Part shown: piece after piece, positions 58,468 to 64,000 of the stretch
Layout of the letters: every line of letters begins with the position of its first letter
How positions within the stretch are numbered: position 1 is the stretch's first letter
DNA from: a virus
Length of the DNA: 64,000 bases
Virus record (IMG/VR): IMGVR_UViG_3300032289_002472
Coordinates: 1 to 64,000 of that record
Direction: 5' to 3' (one strand)
The notes under the pieces: generated by a model
What the model saw: only the letters and a program-made list of their open reading frames with translations
Databases searched by the model: none
Told to the model about the DNA's origin: nothing
Made by a program: the position numbers and the translations under genes

Positions 58468-59337
58468 TTAAAACATACGTGTAAAGGCGAGCGTCCCCAT
58501 TGGTATTTGAGGTACTCCATTGCCATAATTTCTCGATCCGTAATAGATGTGTGGGCTGTGAATATAAAAATGCCCAGCCTTGTTATTTGAGTTTGTCTCT
58601 GCCATTTGCCTGATCTCTAAAGCTAGTGCTTTTAATATATTTTTTGTGTTGGGGGAATAAGTATTCTTATCCACCCTTTTCCACATGTGATCATCATCAA
58701 CTTGTATATCCTTGAAGGTCGGTGTGTGCTCCCATTTACGAATTAAGTCCGCACAGAAATAAACAGAATTTCTAGACTTTAATCCAAGGGTTAACATCAA
58801 AACTGAACGAGGACCACTATTTATATCTTTAGACAAAATAGCGTTTATATCATTCATGACAGAAGGACAAACATAACCCAAATAATCAGCATAAATAATA
58901 TCAAAATGATGATCACTAGGAATACCTGTCTGTGGGCTTCTGATTAAAGCTTCTGACAGGTGTCCATGCTGATGGGTCATGTTGAATGTAGCTCTACCCC
59001 CATAATCGTTTGACAACTGTTCAGCCACAGAAGTAGCCATAGAATGAATACTAGGATTGTTTTCGCATCCCCAAAAACAAAATCTGTTCTCAGGAAAACT
59101 TTCAACAATGCTTCTTTCATGTGCCCACTCTTGGGCTGGTAGTGTCAGAAAATTAACTGTCTGTCCCTTTTCAAGGGCTGAAGCTAGTAAGGGAGCGATA
59201 AATCTATTACTGTAATCTTGATCCAATCTTTTATTACGATTCTTTTCTGGGCATGATACAAATGACATGTTTCTTTGAAATAGACTTGATGCATTTTTCA
59301 ATTTCTTTCCAGCTACACCCTTGAAGACTGCACCCAA
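58468..59337 (-). CDS. putative SAM-dependent methyltransferase-like protein
   Basis: FWGCEN and FDIIYADY Rossmann-like motifs. Confidence 0.4.
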   Translation of the reverse strand: MGAVFKGVAGKKLKNASSLFQRNMSFVSCPEKNRNKRLDQDYSNRFIAPLLASALEKGQTVNFLTLPAQEWAHERSIVESFPENRFCFWGCENNPSIHSMATSVAEQLSNDYGGRATFNMTHQHGHLSEALIRSPQTGIPSDHHFDIIYADYLGYVCPSVMNDINAILSKDINSGPRSVLMLTLGLKSRNSVYFCADLIRKWEHTPTFKDIQVDDDHMWKRVDKNTYSPNTKNILKALALEIRQMAETNSNNKAGHFYIHSPHIYYGSRNYGNGVPQIPMGTLAFTRMF

Positions 59338-59683
59338 GCTTGTATGGAAAATAAAGATTAATATTAGGAAATGCTTCGACGATCTTTGATAAAGATTGCT
59401 TAAATGCTAAATATTCAAACTTGTTTTGATTGTTATTGGGCATCAAACAATAAATATTAGCGACACTAAGCTCATCAGTTACACGAACAACAGAAGACTG
59501 ACCCAACACATCCAATGGAGATCTCTTGAGTGTAGTTTCAATATGTTCCTGCAAAACCTTAGGGAATTTTTTGGTAACCTGGAAAGAAAACCCGCCTGAC
59601 ATTTGATCACCGCAGCTCACGGGGTGAACAATCACCCCAGAGCTAACGGTAAGAACGTCTTTTACTACTGTAGCCATGGTCAC
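59234..59683 (-). CDS. macro domain (ADP-ribose processing) protein
   Basis: IVH.V.C...MSGG...KKFP; VANIY; PYKLGCSLQG.SW. Confidence 0.7.
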   Translation of the reverse strand: MTMATVVKDVLTVSSGVIVHPVSCGDQMSGGFSFQVTKKFPKVLQEHIETTLKRSPLDVLGQSSVVRVTDELSVANIYCLMPNNNQNKFEYLAFKQSLSKIVEAFPNINLYFPYKLGCSLQGCSWKEIEKCIKSISKKHVICIMPRKES

Positions 59684-60051
59684 ATAGCTCCAACAGTTTT
59701 GATTAGATCTTTCTGTTTGCCATAAGTGTAAACAGCATCCAGAGGAATAACTCCATTCTCAAGACCCTTTACCATGGCATTGAACCCTGTCGATTCGCGC
59801 AGTCTTTCATAAGCTAAAATCCAGATCTCTCTGGGCGTAAGCCTTTTTTGAAGCGCTATTGTTTTGATCATTTTGTTAAGTCGTTTGCGGTCAGAGTTGG
59901 TCTTCTCAGACACTAGCTTCTTAGCAATCTTCTTTTGTTGTTTAGGCAAATTAGATTGATAAATTAACTGCAGTGAATCAACAACCTCAGTCGAGGCATC
60001 AGAAAATTTTTTAATAGAATTATTTAAGTCTAGTAGTAGTTGTTCAGGCAT
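59680..60051 (-). CDS. hypothetical protein
   Basis: ORF track. Confidence 0.55.
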   Translation of the reverse strand: MPEQLLLDLNNSIKKFSDASTEVVDSLQLIYQSNLPKQQKKIAKKLVSEKTNSDRKRLNKMIKTIALQKRLTPREIWILAYERLRESTGFNAMVKGLENGVIPLDAVYTYGKQKDLIKTVGAM

Positions 60052-60112
60052 AATGTGTGTTTTTGTTTATTGTGTAGAAATTAGATCTTGGCGATAAGTC
60101 ACCAATAAAATT

Positions 60113-60565
60113 TTAAAAACACCCAACAATTTGGTTAGATATTTTAGGTATCTTTGTTGGATGAAGCTTTAAAGAAATCGATATTGGAGATTTCCTAGAA
60201 ATAGCTGTAGATATACTTGGACTAATTTTTAGTCCGGTTGGGCAAGTGACAATAAGGTCTTGGTTGCTATTCCAAAAACCTTGAGATAAAAAATTAATAA
60301 TTAACTTAGCCTTAGACTGATTAAAAAGCTCTGCCTCAGGATAATCAAAGGGATCTCCATCAAAGCAGTTAATGCTCAAAATTTCTCTAGGACTAATCTT
60401 AAAAGCTTTCTGCAAAAGATCTGCATTGTAAAAATGTGAAGACCTCCAGCCTATTTCGCTTGAAGAAACAAAAACCACCCATGGGGGTTTCCCATGGGTG
60501 GCATTAGAATCTTGAATCGCACGATTTAGACCTTGATAACAGATAGCCTGAATCGTTCTATTCAT
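60113..60565 (-). CDS. degenerate tyrosine-phosphatase-like protein
   Basis: LIVTCPTGLKISPSI resembles the HCxxGxSRS loop without Arg. Confidence 0.4.
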   Translation of the reverse strand: MNRTIQAICYQGLNRAIQDSNATHGKPPWVVFVSSSEIGWRSSHFYNADLLQKAFKISPREILSINCFDGDPFDYPEAELFNQSKAKLIINFLSQGFWNSNQDLIVTCPTGLKISPSISTAISRKSPISISLKLHPTKIPKISNQIVGCF

Positions 60566-60566
60566 C

Positions 60567-61607
60567 TTAGTAGTTAGACAATATATGATTTAGCAGAGAG
60601 TTAGATTCCGACTCATCCATCCTATGCATTGGAATAACATAGAACTGTGTCGTGGTGTCCACCTCGGGATTGTCTTGGCAATTTGGGAAGATAAAGAAAT
60701 CTCCCTTCATCTCTACCTGACAATAGTTTTCGTGATTTAGAGCGTCCTTAGATTCTGCAAGCAGAACCATGTCGTTTGTCTCACAAAGCCAATGATCATG
60801 TGAAACCCCCAACAACTCTCCAGATTCATATAGCGTGAAGTCCTCGCCAAGTCTGATTGGCTCTAAATTTAATTTAAGAGTAACACCTTCATTGGGTCCG
60901 ACCTTCAATGATCCAGCTGACTGATTCAAAATATGGCGAGTTGCCAAAGTTTTGAAATCATCAAGCTTTTCTTGAATTACTTCCTGAACAGTTATTGAAA
61001 GATCAGAAGTCTCAATGAAATCTAAGTACTTTTCTTTAATCTGTTCTTTCTGTTCAGATGTCAGCGTAAAACCCTTGTGCCTCAATTCAACAATAACATT
61101 TTCCCAAGGATTAAACATGCCGTAAACAATTGAATCAGGGTAGCCATCTTCAATTTCTTTGATCTTATTGTCAAATGCTTGAGATTCTGAAATATCTACT
61201 AGATCGGACCACTTGATTGGTTTAATCTCAAGATTTTCATCCAAATTCTCATGGACTGATTTTGACGAAATGAGATGTGTCCTAAAGTTGTCAGCAATCT
61301 GTGAAAGATCTGTGGTAAAAACCATCAACGACTTTTCAAAAGCTTCAGTAAGTTTAAAGTCACAAAGATTCTGTAACGAAATAATAATTCCTGATTCAGC
61401 TAATTTAGTGCTGATAACTGCTACAGTAGAAAGAGAAACTTCAGGAAATAATTGCTCAAATTTTTTGCTGTCAATTTCTTGCTCAAGAAATTCACTTTTA
61501 ATTTCCACTTCATAAGGAAGTATGTCTCTGGTTGTGTTCCAAAGCTGATTAAAAAGATAGTGTTTAATATTTGTTCTCATTTTGTAAAAGAAAAGGGAGG
61601 GGGACAA
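60567..61607 (-). CDS. acidic hypothetical protein
   Basis: Long ORF. Confidence 0.65.
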   Translation of the reverse strand: MSPSLFFYKMRTNIKHYLFNQLWNTTRDILPYEVEIKSEFLEQEIDSKKFEQLFPEVSLSTVAVISTKLAESGIIISLQNLCDFKLTEAFEKSLMVFTTDLSQIADNFRTHLISSKSVHENLDENLEIKPIKWSDLVDISESQAFDNKIKEIEDGYPDSIVYGMFNPWENVIVELRHKGFTLTSEQKEQIKEKYLDFIETSDLSITVQEVIQEKLDDFKTLATRHILNQSAGSLKVGPNEGVTLKLNLEPIRLGEDFTLYESGELLGVSHDHWLCETNDMVLLAESKDALNHENYCQVEMKGDFFIFPNCQDNPEVDTTTQFYVIPMHRMDESESNSLLNHILSNY

Positions 61608-61644
61608 ATGCCCCCCTCCCCATTAGTTAATCTTAATATTAAGA

Positions 61645-61848
61645 TTATTCGGCCATTTCAGCTCCGCTCGGCTTTTTGCCTGGAAGCTTCATTTGAGCCC
61701 TTTTTAAAGGCTCAAAAATTCCGACCTTAACTTTTTCGATAATCTCATCAGAGATATCGTTCGCTTCGGCGGAATTAATTAATTCTTCGACGCCAGTCAA
61801 GGCAAGCTCGACTGAACCTCTAAGACTAGATGTTGATTTTTTTCTCAT
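61645..61848 (-). CDS. hypothetical protein
   Basis: ORF before GC hairpin terminator. Confidence 0.55.
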   Translation of the reverse strand: MRKKSTSSLRGSVELALTGVEELINSAEANDISDEIIEKVKVGIFEPLKRAQMKLPGKKPSGAEMAE

Positions 61849-61854
61849 ATTTTT

Positions 61855-63048
61855 CTAATAGTAGCCGTACATTCCGTCATAGCTTCGAGCCATTAAATAC
61901 TTGCGCTCGTTAATCCACGACTCAATTGTATCGGCAAGTTTCTCTTTTGAGATGCCCCATGTAGCTAAAATATTAGCGTCCACAGCGGTAAGCACCTCAA
62001 GTTTCGTTTCATCTAACTGATGGTCGAAAGTAGTCAAAATGTCACATAGCTCAGCTTGTGTCATCCTAAAGTTTCGACATATTTTATCTACTGACGGCTC
62101 CAATAGGTCTTTAGTTTGTTCCTCCCCAAGACCTAAAGAACCCTGATGGGGGCTTTGGGAATATCCCACCTTTTTCTTTTTTTTGTTTTTTTTTGAGGCT
62201 TTTTTGGACTCCCACCACTCCCAGTATGGATTTGTGGATCCAGAAGAATAATTGGAAGCATATTCAGAAGAACCTCCGTAGTTATTAACTACAGTAAAAC
62301 TCTTCTTTGGTGGCTCCACTCGATTCTTCATCCATTCTTCAATCAAGCCCTCTTCAGCCAACTCTTCAGTGTTTTGTTTCACCAAAAAATTAGTTGTATA
62401 TTCTTGAATAGCTTTAGGAGCCCTAGAACCAATGTAGTCACTGGGAATTTCGATGAAGTCACTCATCTTAACAGGACAGAAAAAGACTTGAGCTTTTTCT
62501 ACTGTCTCCTCCCCCTCCTCATTGACGACAATTTTCCCAGGAATAACTACCGTAAAACGAACGTGAACATCTACTTCTTTCTCGTCAATTTTACCAATAG
62601 TTATGTGAATACCTGGAGAATTTTGCTCATCGTTTTTGTCGGTTCCAGATTGGAATGCGCCCATATTACAGTGTGAGTGGCATGTCCCCCACTGATAATA
62701 TTTACCGCCCTCCAATACCTCATTCATTTGAGCCTGAAAGGTTTCATGGTCTGGCAACTCTTTAGTTGTCATTCCAGTATCCTTTTCTTGAGGGAAGGCC
62801 CAAGCCTTCCACTCTTTGGTAACATCACTATAAAAAAGCCTAACTTGTGCCTCAGCTTTTTCATCTTTATTTACCTTGCGAAAAAAGGAAGCAATTGTCC
62901 TCCATAGAGACAGCTTCATCTTTCCACATCTCAACTCCAATGCTGGATCTTCTTTTATTTCTTCATATTCCACAGGAAAAAACCCCGACAACTTATCGTT
63001 AATTTCTTTTTTGATTAGTGGCTTACCACTATGAATGAATAATTTCAT
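61855..63048 (-). CDS. JAB/MPN-like metalloprotease domain protein
   Basis: E...GTCHSHCNMGAFQSGTDKNDE...GIHITIG. Confidence 0.8.
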   Translation of the reverse strand: MKLFIHSGKPLIKKEINDKLSGFFPVEYEEIKEDPALELRCGKMKLSLWRTIASFFRKVNKDEKAEAQVRLFYSDVTKEWKAWAFPQEKDTGMTTKELPDHETFQAQMNEVLEGGKYYQWGTCHSHCNMGAFQSGTDKNDEQNSPGIHITIGKIDEKEVDVHVRFTVVIPGKIVVNEEGEETVEKAQVFFCPVKMSDFIEIPSDYIGSRAPKAIQEYTTNFLVKQNTEELAEEGLIEEWMKNRVEPPKKSFTVVNNYGGSSEYASNYSSGSTNPYWEWWESKKASKKNKKKKKVGYSQSPHQGSLGLGEEQTKDLLEPSVDKICRNFRMTQAELCDILTTFDHQLDETKLEVLTAVDANILATWGISKEKLADTIESWINERKYLMARSYDGMYGYY

Positions 63049-64000
63049 TTACTTTGATACTAGAGAGGTTGACTAGGATTTTTATTTCACCACTAGAACG
63101 AGTTTTTTGATGTGTCATCTCAGATGTCTTTTTGTAGCGATCCAATTGATACTCATGGATGTTTTCGTTAAAAGAATTGGCAACATACTGTTTCACAGCA
63201 GTCTCCCCCTTCCTAATCACAAACTCAGGAACCATGACTGATTGAGTCTCTTTAGGCTCAATTGTGTATCTCTGAATAACAGGTCTCTCAACGGTTGCCG
63301 AAAAACTCACCGAAACCTTTTTCTGTAAACTATCTTTAACATCGTTGGCGTTTATCCCAAAATGATAATGACCATACATGTTAGTAACTGCTGCTGATGA
63401 ACTAACCTGAAACCCAGCAGCCATCAAAGCCTTTTTGAAATAGCTACTCCACTTGTTGTTTAGCATAGTGTCGACACCCCAAAATAAAGGAGTGCCATCC
63501 TTAGCTGCTGCAACCGCAAACTCTGATAGCCAGTCGGAATGAACCTTGTCCAAAAGAACTGCTACAAGAGGAGAAGACTTTTTAGCCAAGGCAAGAGCGA
63601 ACTCACCAAAGGATGACATGTTTTTGTACTCTGTCGATTTTAGTAGGTTCATCTTGTATGGATCTAAAAACTCAGATTTAAAGTTTTTAGCTATCATACT
63701 CAACAGTTGAGATCGTGGTTGAACAGCTACACGATTATTGGTTATTTCAGAAAACGACCTAAAAGCTATCCTCAGTTCATCTTGATCCAGAAGCTTTGAG
63801 ATTCTTTTGTGTACCTCAATTTCTTTGCCATTAATTTCCAATAGACACGTTTTTTCCAGAAGAACCCCCTGGGAATCTGTGTCAATTTCTGTAAATTTTG
63901 TGCAAAAAGAATTTTTAGCCTTGCGACAGAACGTAGTGGAAACTTTAACAGTTTTCCATTTACCGTCATGCCACAGCCAAGTGACAGACCCATTCGGCAA
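63029..64000 (-). CDS. hypothetical protein (5' end may lie outside window)
   Basis: Open to the window edge. Confidence 0.6.
   Translation of the reverse strand: MPNGSVTWLWHDGKWKTVKVSTTFCRKAKNSFCTKFTEIDTDSQGVLLEKTCLLEINGKEIEVHKRISKLLDQDELRIAFRSFSEITNNRVAVQPRSQLLSMIAKNFKSEFLDPYKMNLLKSTEYKNMSSFGEFALALAKKSSPLVAVLLDKVHSDWLSEFAVAAAKDGTPLFWGVDTMLNNKWSSYFKKALMAAGFQVSSSAAVTNMYGHYHFGINANDVKDSLQKKVSVSFSATVERPVIQRYTIEPKETQSVMVPEFVIRKGETAVKQYVANSFNENIHEYQLDRYKKTSEMTHQKTRSSGEIKILVNLSSIKVNEIIHS

Overview
AT-rich fragment of a large (jumbo-type) bacteriophage genome, mostly minus-strand. Layout: early-type small genes with conserved leader, promoter and hairpin elements (1-6.3 kb); tRNA cluster and HNH; N-terminal half of a split RpoB-like RNA polymerase subunit; virion, portal, lysis and tail-fibre block (9.9-36.6 kb); many small accessory genes (36.7-64 kb: 2OG-Fe(II) oxygenase, phosphoesterases, SET, RNA ligase, macro, JAB). 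There are 11 tRNA genes. The main non-coding finding is three dispersed arrays (4879-5427, 44262-44776, 45611-45936; about 36 units) with a 36-nt period, read on the minus strand as AGTGAACCA-[9 nt]-AGAAACCCA-[9 nt]. This matches the TIGR (tandem interspaced guide RNA) dual-spacer architecture. No Nop-domain Tas gene is recognisable in this window. Joined spacer pairs often resemble phage gene leaders and start codons. Other findings: a group I intron in tRNA(CAT) carrying an antisense HNH gene, a 78-nt tmRNA reduced to its tRNA-like domain, four covarying double-hairpin intergenic elements, several unassigned structured RNAs, and a shared N-terminal leader with K-x-A motifs in putative virion proteins. 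All protein calls are motif recognition by eye; no searches were run.
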